A DNA stretch of 64,000 bases from Trichosphaerium sp. ATCC 40318 (Eukaryota > Protista > Tubulinea), in assembly GCA_038496445.1 (NCBI GenBank), contig JALMLS010000093.1, positions 744,001 to 808,000 of the forward strand, given 5' to 3'. The notes under the pieces were generated by a model. It was not told the DNA's origin and did no database searches. It saw only the letters and a program-made list of their open reading frames with translations. How positions within the stretch are numbered: the stretch's first letter is position 1; the number at the start of each line of letters is the position of its first letter. Positions 25,324 to 38,668 of the stretch are shown here, in pieces. The position numbers were made by a program, and so were the translations under genes.

Positions 25324-25577
25324 CTCTCGCTATCACCGATATTTTTACGACTTTCGGGTGCTAGATAGCTTTAGCTTGCTCTATCGCGAAACAAATTAGT
25401 TTGAAGAATTCACAAAAACAACTTGAAAAGAGCGTCAAGTTGACTTTACTTTTTTTGACTTTTATAGTCGCTGGATAGCGTCTCATACTTTGGGTTGTAC
25501 GGAATATTTCGCTTTCTTATCTGAAACAAGCAATGTACTTGCTGAATGAAAACAACAAAATGAGAACTTCCAACATT

Positions 25578-26291
25578 TTATTTGTACTCACACCTACTTT
25601 TTGCTTTTCCGTGTTCATCCCATGTGATACATGTGCCAAATAATTTACCGTCCTTGTACGAACATAGTTTTACTAGAGTTCCGTTCTCATGCCATTGTTT
25701 AAACTCGCCATTTTTGATATCATCAGAATACATACAAGATGAATAAGGTTTACCGTTTCTGTGAAAGAACTCTTGTTTCCCATTTTTTTTACCTAAATTG
25801 TAGTAGCACTTTGATTGAAGTTTACCATTCTTCCTCCACATCTCACATACCCCGTTCTTTTTACCATCAACATATACACAAGAAGACCTTACTTGCCCGT
25901 TATCATGCCATTCCTTACATAGACCTTCTGCATTGCCTTGTTCGTTGTAATAGCAGTGTTCTTTTATTTGTCCATTTTTGAGGAACAACTTATGTCCACC
26001 TAACCCACTACGCTGCCATTTGATGCCTCCGTCTTTATACCAACTGGTCCAAAGACCGGAAGGGTTTAAATTGTCATCAAAACGTGTACAAAGTGCAGCC
26101 TCTTTAGATAGTAGTGGCCATGCTATAGAAGAGTGTTTTGTAAAGTTTGAAATGTATTGTTGTATTTCTGGAGGGAGCTGGGTTAAAAAACTGTCTGTTG
26201 TCTCTTCTTCACATTCGTATGGACTGTTTGATACCAGATCGACGCTAATTAGTCGTTTAGTACCGTTATCAGCATTTATTGTTTGAAACAT
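25578..26291 (-). CDS. F-box + MORN-variant (YwqK-like) repeat protein, intronless
   Basis: FLTQLPPEIQQYISNF (F-box start), then about six W/F-xxNG-x6-Y-xx-GKxxG repeats. Confidence 0.85.
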   Translation of the reverse strand: MFQTINADNGTKRLISVDLVSNSPYECEEETTDSFLTQLPPEIQQYISNFTKHSSIAWPLLSKEAALCTRFDDNLNPSGLWTSWYKDGGIKWQRSGLGGHKLFLKNGQIKEHCYYNEQGNAEGLCKEWHDNGQVRSSCVYVDGKKNGVCEMWRKNGKLQSKCYYNLGKKNGKQEFFHRNGKPYSSCMYSDDIKNGEFKQWHENGTLVKLCSYKDGKLFGTCITWDEHGKAKSRCEYK

Positions 26292-26855
26292 ATTTTTGAA
26301 ACCCTTTTTCGTAATGATTCACCGTTTAGTGTTTATTTGGCGTACCTTTCGAGCGTTTTTGACGTAGTTTTCTGGTTTATGTCTTCTGTACCATTGTACT
26401 GCACAGTAATCGTTGAGGATCGTTCCATATTCGCGTAGGAGTTGTATTATTGCAACAAACACAAATATAGCCAAATCGGTGAATTTTAAGTCGATATTTA
26501 AGCTAAGTATGACATCTCGTTGTAGGCAAAGAAAATGTAATCGCAATGTATTTGTTTACGAACTAAATGTAAAAACCCGAAAGTTAAGCAAGCACGTGAT
26601 AACGCGATTTTTTTTTTTTTGTTCGAGGTTTCTTTTGGCGTTTCGATAGTATATATTGTAACCTACTTTAAGAGCTTATAGTCCTAGTAGTAAAATCAAA
26701 TTCTGTAACCATTGACACAGGTGGGGTAAATAGTTGTCCCGCTAGCGCTCTTAATTCGTCAAAAGTTGCCAGAAACGTGTTGTATGCGCGGACTAAGGAT
26801 GAGTGAACACCATGCTTGTGTTAAGTGTCTAGCCAAAAAAAGTCAAACAAACCAC

Positions 26856-28687
26856 ATGAGACGCTCCACGTTAGCAGTGTTGATTGCTGTTTTTACAGTT
26901 GTAGCTAACACACAGTGCATATCTCCAGAACCAGGCATTTCGAGCTGGTGGATGTTTGATACTATTATTACAAATACTACATTCGACGCTGTAGATTCAC
27001 GTGTTGGTGCCATATCTGGCGTTTATTCAACTGACTTTTCTCAAGTCGCAGTACGTTACCAGTCGAAATAGTAAGTATCTAAAGTACATAGGGACAAGTT
27101 GGCAATGGTTTAAGACTAAATGGTAGCTCGGTAGTCACAATTGAGAACGATGGTATTTTTTCTCCAGAGCAAGGTATTTATATTCAGTTTGTGCATGTGT
27201 TTTCGATTTAATGACAACAACCCTAACCGCCCAAAGGAAGCTTTACTGTAGAATTGTGGTTTAACCCGGTATCTCTTGGTAGAAAGCAATATCTCATTCA
27301 TCACCAGTCCGGTGATTCTGTCTATGGTTTGTTCATTAACAGCCGAAATGAGCTGGGATATGAGCTTGGGTTCGGTGAGTTGTTGCGTACTGAACGTTAA
27401 CCTTATATTTTACGTAGCATCTGGAGCGTATGGGAGCTCAGCTAGAGGAGATGTTACCACTACTAATTCTTGGTATCATGCTGCAATTGTATGGAAACAG
27501 TAAGAACGATATTTCTTTTCCGCCTTCTTTCAAGACTTACTCTTCAAAAGGAACACACGACATTTTGGGGCTTACTTGAGTACTATTACGCTTACTGTTA
27601 TGAATCTAACATAATTAGATGGTAATACCTCCACACCACTAACACTAAGTTCGTCACCCATATCAACAGGCAATGCGCTCTTTTTTATTGGGTCAGATAG
27701 TGACATGAACAACCTTTTCAATGGGATTTTGGATGAGGTAAGAAAACCACGTGATCCTCATATCTGTTCTAACACTTCGGCAAGGTGTCGTACTACAAAG
27801 GTGTCGCCCTTACAGAAGAACAAATACGAGACATATATGAAGCGGGTACATACTTAACAGTAGAATCTTCAATTAAAACTGTTGTAGGTACACAAGGTAA
27901 ATGCCTTCCAAGTGCACCTGATACGTCTCAACCCACAGCAATGCCTTACGCTGTGCCAACTCCACCGCTTTCACCGAGTCCAACACCACAAGTAACCTCA
28001 AAGGATCCTGCAGTTCCATCACTAGCACCAACTGACGCCGTTGTTTCTCCAGCGAATAGTACATGTACGTACAATTGTCAAGGTTTTGTTCTAAGCACAA
28101 GCACTAGCGTGCAATGGAATGATTCCTCCAGGCGGTGTGTGTAATGAAACAAGTGGGATATGGTTCGTTAAAAAAGACGTGGTGATTCAGTCAACAATGA
28201 ACATTCATGTAGAGACTTCAATTATATTTCAAGGTTTATCAAATTGCTCTTTATGTTTTATACTAATAGTACTTGTACAGGAAATGTTAACATAACGGCG
28301 AACTCAACAATACGAGTTTCTTCAATGGCAACACTCACATTTCAAAAGTGTCCAACTTTCAATGACACTCTCATTATTATTCTTACAGATGTCGCTGAGT
28401 CACTTCATACAATCATGAGGATTCCTCGTAATTGTGAGTCTTCGATTATTCAACAATCGGAAGTAATAAATGGCGTGCAAGATGGATGTAACAAGTTCTA
28501 TCGAAGAGAAACACAAACTAAACTATCTGTATTATGGTCAATTGATAGTGGATGCAGCGATAGCAGTATTAGTGATGGTGTCATTGCCATCATTGCTGTT
28601 CTTACAATCATATTTATTATCGCTCTACTCCTCACTTTTATTTGTGTAGTGTTGCTGACATTCCGAAGCAAGAGTGCAACTGTTTAG
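26856..28687 (+). CDS. LamG type-I membrane protein, member B
   Basis: Signal peptide, SSWWMFD, GQVGNGL, SFTVELW, WYHAAIVW, FIGS...FNGILDEVSYY..ALTEEQI..IYEAG..GKC, P/T stalk, shared cassette, TM. Confidence 0.85.
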
Positions 28688-29054
28688 TTTTTTACCTGAA
28701 ATAAAATATCCATTAACAGTACATTGCTTTTGTTCGTCTTGGTAATAATCTTGAGGGGCTTTGTGCTTCGAAGTGTACCTTACAAATGTAGAGATTAATT
28801 CTTAGTAACATAGATTCATAAGGCATACAAAGAGCTCATCAGTATTTGTTTATTCAATGGCAACCGCGTATTTCAAAAGTATCCTGTTTTAGTTGCGATG
28901 GTGCAAGGATGTAATAGCTTCTCGTGAAGAAAGACTTGTCTTTATAGTACTCAGTTATTTGTGTAGTGCTGACAGACGTTTGGGCCCGCTCGTGACAGAT
29001 GCATAAAACTAAACAAAGTACTACAAAAGTTACTAAGATGTATTTACTTTTAGC

Positions 29055-29433
29055 TTATGTGCATTTAGCGTAGTAGCCTGCGCTCTTTTTTAACTCGTGA
29101 TCGTATAGACGCATGTGCAGTTGTCTATTTCCTACGGATACACGCTCAGATATCAACGATATAGGTTGTTTACCGCGGCGTCTTATAACGAAGTGGTGTA
29201 CCATGAGTTTATCACCTCGTGGAACAGATTGTCTACTGTATGCCATTTTGTACGAATACAGATATCTCCCGGTGTGGTGTGAGTATACTTTTACACTAAT
29301 CCTTTTGCTTCTAGAGCCTACTGTGTACACATAGTCCCGCCCAGAAGGATCTTGGAACGCAATCGAACATGTGTATCCCAAAGTACAGGTCAGTGCGAAA
29401 GCACAGAAGAACAAATAAAGCAGATGTTGCCAT
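29055..29433 (-). other. Possible secreted protein or pseudogene
   Basis: Signal-like HLLYLFFCAFALTCTLG plus ~100 aa open frame; the nearest ATG (29433) is one base out of frame. Confidence 0.3.
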
Positions 29434-30220
29434 TGGTGTGTTGACGAAAAACAAGTGTTCTAATTCGCCTTGAAGGGTTCCTAAAAAGGAAAACCCTAAC
29501 TTATAATACCAGCAAAGTTGTTGCAAACAATGTACTAGCCAATAATGTGACAGCTTGGAAGAATGTCAAAATAGTCAAAAAAAGAAGTTAAACATCTGTT
29601 TTGGGTTTCCTAACTTCCTACAAGTAAAATTTGGTTTGCGACTATTTGACAAGAGCAAAAAATTTTGAGTTTTCTACCTGCCTACAATCTCTTAAACCCT
29701 TTTGCGCCAAGAAATGGTACGTAATTGGCAGTTTAACAGGATTTAGGGGACCAAATCGTCTTTAAGAAAACTCATAATTTTATGTTTGTCCAAAACTTTT
29801 CTTTTTAGCCAGTATTTGCTTTGTAGTTATCTGTGGGCGTAAGGTATTCGTGACAACAGTTCTTAGCTTAAATAAAAATGTCCCAAATAAAAGTCGACAT
29901 CCTTACTCATAACTTACACCATTCCATGATTCTTATGTTGCTCTACTGAGCCAGCACCGCTTTTGAGACAGTTTCGACAATTTACGCGCTTTCGAGAATC
30001 TTTAAGACGTTTTACTCACCAGAACCATCTTACACTTCAATCGCTACTTTTAACATGTAGCTATGATGCAATACTTATAGGTTGCCAAACGTATTTGCGA
30101 TTTCGTTTGTGCTGTACCGAGAAAAAGGTACTGACAGCCAAAGGGGTGTTTTCGGAAAATCAAAAATTCTGAAATTTCTCAAAAGCGACCAAAGTTAAGG
30201 CAAACAAACGCTGTAAAATC

Positions 30221-32234
30221 ATGTCCCACGTGATAATAATATTACTCACACTAGTTGTTGTTACCAACGCACAGTGCGTACCTAAAGATTCAAGTCTTAC
30301 AAGTTGGTGGCGATTTGAAGCGATTACTGAAAGCAAAGCTTTCGACCTTTTCAATTCACGTGTTGGTACCTTTGGTGGTAAAGCCTCCCAAACCACAGTA
30401 AGTTACCATTTAAAGTAGGACGTAATTAATAGTCGCAATAAGGGGCGTGTTGGCGATGCGGTACAGTTCCAAAGTGAAGCTACCTTTGTAGTTGAGAACG
30501 AGGGAATATTCGAACCTGATCAAGGTACTCAACAATGACGCTGAATTTGAAGTTTAAATTCTAAATCGCGATGATTTCTATTGTTAGGAATGTCAGTAAA
30601 TCCCTTTGTAAAAATTACTAATGGTTCTCCTTAAAGGAAGCTTTACAGTTGAGATGTGGATAAACATAAAGTCATTGGGCAGTAGACAATATTTAGTTCA
30701 TCATGAAAATTCCAACTCTGGGTTCAGGTTTTGGATAGGTGAAAATGATGTTTTGTCGACTTATGCTAAATGGGGTACGTAAAGGAACACTTTCATTGCC
30801 TGTCCTAATACTACTAGTTGGAGGTAGCACACAATCAAGTGGTATTCTTGATATTGACACTCTGGACGTTTGGCACCATGTTGGTATTGCATTCAACAAG
30901 TAAAGATTTTTTTCGACAAATATGTTTTTTTTTTTTACTCTATTTTTAGGAGTGCTGAGCAACTTATTGTTTACTTTGGTGCGTTTAGTTGAATAGGCTA
31001 TGTAGTATTTAACCCATAATGTAGACGGCGTCATGTATCCTGTAAATATGGTTTCTGGCGCTAGCATTGTCACAGATAGCAGCACACAGTTCTTTATTGG
31101 TTCAAATAATGAAGGTGATTATTACTTTAATGGCATTATGGACGAGGTATTGTTGCGATGATTTATCATTTAATAAAGGTATCATATAGGTATCATTCTA
31201 CCAAGGTGTTGCTCTGAATCTGACACAGATACAACAGATTTACAATGCGGGTAATAAACTGTTTGTACTTGACTTGCGAAAACATGAGTTAACTGTGTTT
31301 GTTAAGGATTATCTGGATTTGGAAAATGTTTTTTAATGGCAGTTCCCACAATAGCTCCTGTTGTACTAACTGAAGCACCAACTGAAGCACCAATAATGCC
31401 TACTGAACAACCAACAATACCTACCGAGCCAATGGCACCAACTCAAGTTCCTATCACAACTGAACCAACGGCTCCAGCTGAAGCACCAATAGTGCCTACT
31501 GAAGTACCAACGGGCGCACCAACGCCCACTGAGGTACCAGCGATATTGGATGTACCGACATCGATGAGTAAGTTAGAACACCTTTTTTTTTTTTTTGAAT
31601 GCTTTGGCTGAGAATGGTTTTGTAATTCTAATGATGGTAATAGCATGCAGTGGTGATAAGCCTCCAGGTGCTGAGTGTGATCAAAGTCAAGGTGTTTGGG
31701 TTGTAACTGATGATGTTGTGATTCAACCATCAACGAATATTCTGATTGAGACTTCAGTTGTGTTTCAAGGTACATTGAATTACTCGCTTTGGTTTTACCT
31801 GTAGCTTTGAGATTAGTAATAACTTTGTAGGAAACGTAAACTTGAAGGAAAACTCAACAATACGAGTTTCTTCAATGGCAACACTCACATTTCAAAAGTG
31901 TCCAACTTTCAATGACACTCTCACTATCGTTCTGACAGAAGTCAGCGAATCTGTTCATACAGTTCTTACAATACCTCCAAATTGTGAAGAGTCGATCATT
32001 GACGCAATAACAGTGACAAGTGATGTTGAAGATGAATGTAGCGACTTTTCTGCAGTAGAAACGCAAACAAGACTTTCTGTGTTGTGGACAGTCAATGACA
32101 GATGTAATGACAGTGGCCTGAGCAATGGTGCCATTACTGGTATTGCTGTCGCGGTTGTTTTGGTTGTTGTGGTTATAGCTGCAAGTTTGATTTACTATTT
32201 TACTTTTCACGGCAAGAGAACTTTTGTCATTTGA
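30221..32234 (+). CDS. LamG type-I membrane protein, member C
   Basis: Same exon layout as B; long (PTE)n stalk; tail FTFHGKRTFVI. Confidence 0.85.
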
Positions 32235-32587
32235 TACTATCACGTTCAATACATTATCTAAATAAATAATCCTCTACGTTCATCATTTGAACGTGCCGCT
32301 GAAGGGTGGTAGAATGTAAGAGACAATTTCCGAGAATACTAGCCTAAAGTTTTGCTTCTAGAACTTCATGCATTCGTCGAAGATTTAATCAAAAACTTTC
32401 AGTTTTATTCACACATTTTGAGACGGCAGTGGATCTTATTCTAAAATAGTTATTTTGTGAATTATTAACTGTGGCTTATTCTTTAATTTGTTATTAGACT
32501 TCATTAACTCAATATCGATCTTGTTTACGCGTGATCACGTGATTTTTATCGCTCGACTGGGAAAGTCAACAAATAGTATTATAAATC

Positions 32588-34488
32588 ATGTCCCATGCGA
32601 TAATTATCATACTTGCGGTCTTTTTCGTTGTTACCAACGCACAGTGCGTACCTCCAGACCCAAGTCTTTCAAGTTGGTGGAGATGTGAAGCTGTTACAGC
32701 AAATACCACCTTTGACACTTATGATTCGCGTGTTGGTACCATTAACGGTACTGGCTATTCACAAGTTACAGTACGTTACCACTTTTATGAGATTAGAAGT
32801 TATTGCTATGTACTAGGGTCGCGTCGGCGATGGGTTACGGATGGGAGGCAATGCTCATGTTGTGGTTGAGAACGAGGGAATATTTACATCGCTTCAAGGT
32901 ATTTTTAATGAAGTTCGTGTTCTAGTAGTCCCAAGATCTACCAATCTAAACTAAAACTTGCTTACTTTACCTGGAAGAGAGCTTCACTGTTGAGTTGTGG
33001 ATAAACATGGACACGACACTCATAAGCCAATATCTTATTCATCACGAGTCCGATAAAGCAGGGTTTAGTTTATGGATGGGCGACAATAAATATCTTCAAT
33101 GTTATGTTCGATATGGTACGCATATGAAACACTTAATGACTATTTACTCTATTCTTAAGTTGGAGGTCCTGCACAGTATAGCGGTGTGGTTGAATTAAAT
33201 GCTAATACTTGGCACCATGTCGCTATTTCATTCAACAGGTACGTTTTGTTAGTTGGTAGTTTGTAGGCGAAAAAAGTAGGAACGACTTTGATTGTTTGTG
33301 AATTTCAATGTCTTTGTTAGGACTGGTGATGTGCAATTTGTTGTGTATGCTGGTATGTTCATTTTACTGTACTGTTTTACAAACTGCTCAAATTAGATGG
33401 CGTTGCGTTTCCTCGAAATATAGCTGGTACCAGCGTCATTACGGAAAACAGCACACAGTTCTTTATTGGTTCAAATAATGAAGGTGGAGAACGCTTCAAT
33501 GGCATTATGGATGGTATTGTTGCGATGATTTATCATTTAATAAAGGTATCATATAGGTATCGTTCTACCAAGGTGTTGCTCTGAATCAGACGCAGATACA
33601 ACAGATTTACAATGCAGGTAGAACTGTACTTTTTTTTTTCAAATACAATCATGAGTTAACTGTGTTTGTTAAGGATTATCTGGATTAGGGAAATGTGTTC
33701 CTATGTCTCCAACTGCAGTTCCCACAAAAGCTCCTGTTGTACCAACTGAAGCACCAATAATGCCTACTGAACAACCAACGATGCCAACCGAGGAGCCAAT
33801 GACGCCAACTCCAGTTCCTGTTGCAACTGAGGCTCCAGAAGTACCAACGCAAACTATGAGTAATTGAAGCATATATTATAATAGTAATATTTTACTAATG
33901 ATGTGTTGATAGTATGTAATGGCGATAAGCCTCCAGGTGCTGAGTGTGATCAAAGTCAAGGTGTTTGGGTTGTAGCTGATGATGTCGTGATACAACCATC
34001 AACGAATATTCTGATTGAGACTTCAGTTGTATTTCAAGGTACATTGAATTACTCGCTTTGGGTAACTGAAGCTTTACGACTTTGTAGGAAACGTGAACTT
34101 GAAGGAAAACTCAACAATACGAGTTTCTTCAATGGCAACACTCACATTTCAAAAGTGTCCAACTTTCAATGACAGTCTCAATATTGTCATTACAGAAGTA
34201 TCTGAAACGCTTCATACAGTCCTTACAATTCCTCCAAATTGTGATGTATCGGTCATTGACGAAACAACAGTGACAAGTGATGTTGAAGATGAATGTAGTC
34301 AGTTCTCTGTCATCGAAACACAAACAAAACTTTCTGTATTGTGGGCGACTGACAGATGTAATGACAGTGGTCTGAGCAATGGTGTCATTGCTGGTATTGC
34401 TGTAGCGGTTGTTTTGGTTGTTGTGGTTATAGCTGCAAGTTTGATTTACTATTTTACTTTTCACGGCAAGAGAACTTTTGTCATTTGA
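32588..34488 (+). CDS. LamG type-I membrane protein, member D (possible splice-site lesion near 33513)
   Basis: Paralog of C, but the GAG codon before one donor has lost 2 nt. Confidence 0.75.
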
Positions 34489-34829
34489 TGCTGTCATAAA
34501 CAAACCATCTTCAATGTATTGTCATAATTAAAGTACCAATAAGTTATAGAAATCACACCCTAGCGCAAGATTATTCCAGACTCAAAAGAGTCTTTCATTG
34601 GTAGATTCCACATACTTTCGAAATTTTCTTGCAGAAAATTTATGACTTAGAAATGTTCAATTTGTTAGCTGAATAAATATTGGCCAAGGTTTGAAAAAAA
34701 CGCGTGATTAATCAAAATGTCTTAGTCGTAAAAGTGGTAAATTTAGTGGTAAAATCACATCAACTCCGCATCCAAAACCGAGAGTTACAGTTGAGTGTAG
34801 GTGAATACCAAAGATTAGCTGGGTAAAAT

Positions 34830-36591
34830 ATGACATCCCACGTGATAACTACAATACTTACAGTGTTTGTTGTTGTTGTAAACACTCAGTGCGTACCTCG
34901 AGACGCTAGTATTGCAAGTTGGTGGACGTTTGAATCGATTTCGGTAAACAACGTGTCTGATACTTTTGATTCGCGTGTTGGTACCATTTCTGGCTCTGGC
35001 TACTCGAAAGTCACGGCGCGTTTTCTATATTAATGAACAGTGGTTATTAATGGGAAAATAGGGTCGCGTTGGCGATGGTCTACAGGTGGGTGGTGCCGCT
35101 TATCTATTGATCGAAAATAACGATATATTTTCGCCTAATCAAGGTATTTTTCACTTCATTTTCATAGCTACCCACGTGTCTAATCTTTCTGCTAGGAAGC
35201 TTTAGTGTTGATATGTGGATAAACAAAGCGTCACTGGGTAGAATGTTCCTGGTTCATCATGAGTCTAGTGCAGGGTTCAGCATATTACTCGGTGAAGCTA
35301 TTGGAGACACTGTGCTAAATTATTTCGTTAAATTTTGTGCGCACAAAGATTCCGTTACTGTATCTTTAATTTTTTGTTACAGCTAATCGTCTTTCCATAC
35401 AAGGCGGGGCTGGTGAATTTAATCTAAATACTTGGCATCACATTGTGTTTACGTTCCACAGGTACTGTAGCTAGTTGGGTAAATTTTTTTAACGAAAAAA
35501 ATAGGAATGATACTGCTGACTTTGGAGAGATTGTTATATACATAGGTTAGTTTTTTTCTTATCTATTCGAATTTGAAGTAATATTCAAAATATAGATGGT
35601 GTTGAAAATACTCGGGATGGCAGAGTTAGCAAAAGCATTGATACAGATAGTTCTACTCCATTCTATATTGGTTCTAATAAATACGGTGGAGAACGCTTCA
35701 ATGGCACTATAGATGAGGTATGCTAAGTTTTATATCAATTCCAATCACCTTCTAAATCAATAGGTGACGTTCTATAAAGGCGTAGCTTTGAACCAGACAT
35801 ACGTTCAACAGATTTACAACGCAGGTAAGAAACTAATATTGTACATTAGCTAAACGTTTGATTAAAGGATTGTCTGGATTCGGAAAATGTTTGCCCACAA
35901 TTGCGCCTGTGACGCCATTTGTAGTGCCATCGCAAACGCAAAGTAAGAGAAGATGTTTTAGTCTTTTATCCTCTAATGATTGCCTTTGAATAGCATGTAT
36001 TGGCGATCCCCCTCCAGGTGCTGAGTGTGATATAATTGAAGGCAAGTGGGTTGTGATTGATGATGTTGTGATACAACCAACAACGAATATTCTGATTGAG
36101 ACTTCAGTTTTGTTTAAAGGTATCCAATGCTTTATTAAATTGAAACTAAATAATCTGGAGGTAATGTGAACGTGATGCAGAACTCAACAATATCTTTTTC
36201 CGCGAATACTACACTCACATTTCAAAAGTGTCCAACTTTCAATGACACTCTCAATATCATTCTGACAGAAGTATCTGAGTCTGTTCATACACTACTCACA
36301 ATTCCTCCAAATTGTGATGTATCGATCATTGACGCAACAACAGTGACAAGTGATGTAGAAGATGAATGTAATCAGTTCTCTGTCATCAAACAACAAACAG
36401 ACCTTTCTGTAGTATGGTCAGTCAATGATGGATGTGATGATAGCGGTCTGAGTAATGGTGTCATTGTTGCTATTGCTGTAGTGGTTTTTTTGGTTGTTGT
36501 GGTTATCGTTACAAGTTTGATTTACTTTTTTACTTTTCATGGGAAGAGATCCTTTTGCTCAAACAAAATCACAATAGCAACGTCGAAATAA
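34830..36591 (+). CDS. LamG type-I membrane protein, member E
   Basis: Same layout, short stalk, altered tail KRSFCSNKITIATSK. Confidence 0.83.
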
Positions 36592-38668
36592 ACTCACAAT
36601 ATTTCTTTTGTCTTAACCAATTTATTTATCTTCGCTACGAATACATGCTACAATATAAAGAAATAAACACGTAACTATAAACAACTTGTAGGTTTGTTGT
36701 TTGTACAGCCTAGAACGTACTGTAGGTACAAGAAGAATGAAGTGGAACGCGCCACACTTCAAGTCGAACCACACAAGCAAAGTATAATACAGCGACAAAG
36801 CAACGCTTATCGTATAGCGGCTATGTTTACATTTTCTGTTTACTATGGGAAATCATGTGATTTCTTAGAGTGGTTTTTTTTAGAGTTGACCACTTCTGTT
36901 TGTTTATCACTCATCTTTTGTTTTCTTAAAATCTCAAGAAGTTTTGAAGCTACATTACCACAATATACATAATCGGTATACCTTCGATACATTGTATCCA
37001 CACGCCAATCTACAAAAAAGGGAATAAGAATAAACAGTTATTGGCATAACTTATGTGACGTTAAGCGCTGCTTTGTATCCACCTTGGTTTTAAGAACTAT
37101 GAATTGTTTATGTTTTAATTTAGTGATAACATGTTCTAGACAACTTTTAAGTTCCACACATCTGACTAAACACGAAAACCAAAGTCACAAACAGCAAAAA
37201 GTTGCAAAGATTAGCAAACTTGAATGAATGTAAGATAAAAGGCATTTTTTCTAACCGCCAAAAATGCTCTCATCATACTTTATCACATGTAAAGAAACGG
37301 TTTGTACCATATATAGTTCTGATATACGTGGCATTGGAATTGTGAATCTAAAGTGAGCAGTACGCTATTAAAACGTGTGAAACGCACATTCAGGTGTAAC
37401 GCTCCAGACTAGTGAAAACAACTTAATAAAGAACTTTTTAATCTAATCTCGGTTACGTATCTCTTAAACCTTACATCAGGTCCTGACTTTTGGTCAGTGT
37501 TAAATCCAAAATATGTTAAAAACAAAATAAAGCCCCAATAGCAGCCAAAATAGTTGCTTGTGCACTTACAGTACAGTACAGATATTTATTCATAAAAGTC
37601 TATTTTTTCAGTTAACAGACAACGTTTCTCTGTCTCCATCGTTTTCTGATGTGCCATTTTTTCACACTGGTTATATACCTTGATATCACACCAGCAAAGT
37701 ACAATAAACACGGATCTAGCTTCCCATTAAGTTGTGACCCCATGGCAGTGGTGGACCGTCTTTTCTTGGTTTTTTGGTATTTGAAACCTTTCAAAGATGT
37801 GATGCTACTAAACTTGCGTTTTGCTCCCCTCTGAGTGTTAGACAATTGTTTGTATTCAGAACAATTCAAACCAATGAGTACTGCAATGACACATGCACAG
37901 GCGCCAACTGTTCTAGCTCCAGCATGTGCAGTAATGAACAACATCTACAATGTCATTTGTTGGCAAGTGAAGAAACACTGTCCTTTGAGTACTTTCGCTT
38001 CATCACCTTAAAATTGATGGCTCCTTCTTCATTATGGACATGGTAGGCTTTGGCAAGATCTATAGCCATACTCCCCACGGCAAGTTGACATATATCTATT
38101 TGAGAGAAAGTAACTTTAAACTATCTCACACTTGTACTATTTCAATCAAACTGAATTATTCTGCAATATTTTACTTTTTAGAAATGTTAGTCAATAAATA
38201 TACAGTTTTTACATATTGTATGATTTTTTGAATGACGAATACACCACAAATTGAAATAACTCTACTGTCCTTTTTTGTCCTATACTGATTAATTGCCTTT
38301 GTTTTAACCTGTTTTTTTCTCCCTTTCAGGGTTTTACAGGCACTACATTGTATTGTAGTTGCACTAGGGACTGTAAACGACTCTAAAGTAGTAGGTGATG
38401 CCATTCACGTGGTTTTGTTGTAAAAACATGATAAATAAATTCGTTGAAATTGTACACTTACTTAATGCAGCAAACTGCATAAAAACCACCTAAACATATT
38501 TTACAAGCGTAGAATACTATGCTACGGGTATTATTAGCTTGTGTTTTTTTTTTTACAATGCCACGTATTTCAGAACTATAAATGGTACAAACCCTCTTTA
38601 CATGTGAAATCACATCAACTTAAGTCCGCATCCAAAACCGAGAGATACAGTTTAGTGTAGGTGAACAT

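Noticed and set aside
30148-30185. ttttcggaaaatcaaaaattc, resembling the MITE end
   Set aside because: Short, low-complexity, and without a partner repeat or TSD.
36119-36160. gtatcc donor as a U12-type intron (also in F)
   Set aside because: Reads gtatccaa rather than GTATCCTT, has no TCCTTAAC branch site, and paralogs have ordinary donors here.
36694-38404. Short ORFs between E and F, including a Cys-rich stretch (YCNDTCTGANCSSSSMC)
   Set aside because: No coherent spliced model or family motif; possibly a relic, but not supportable.
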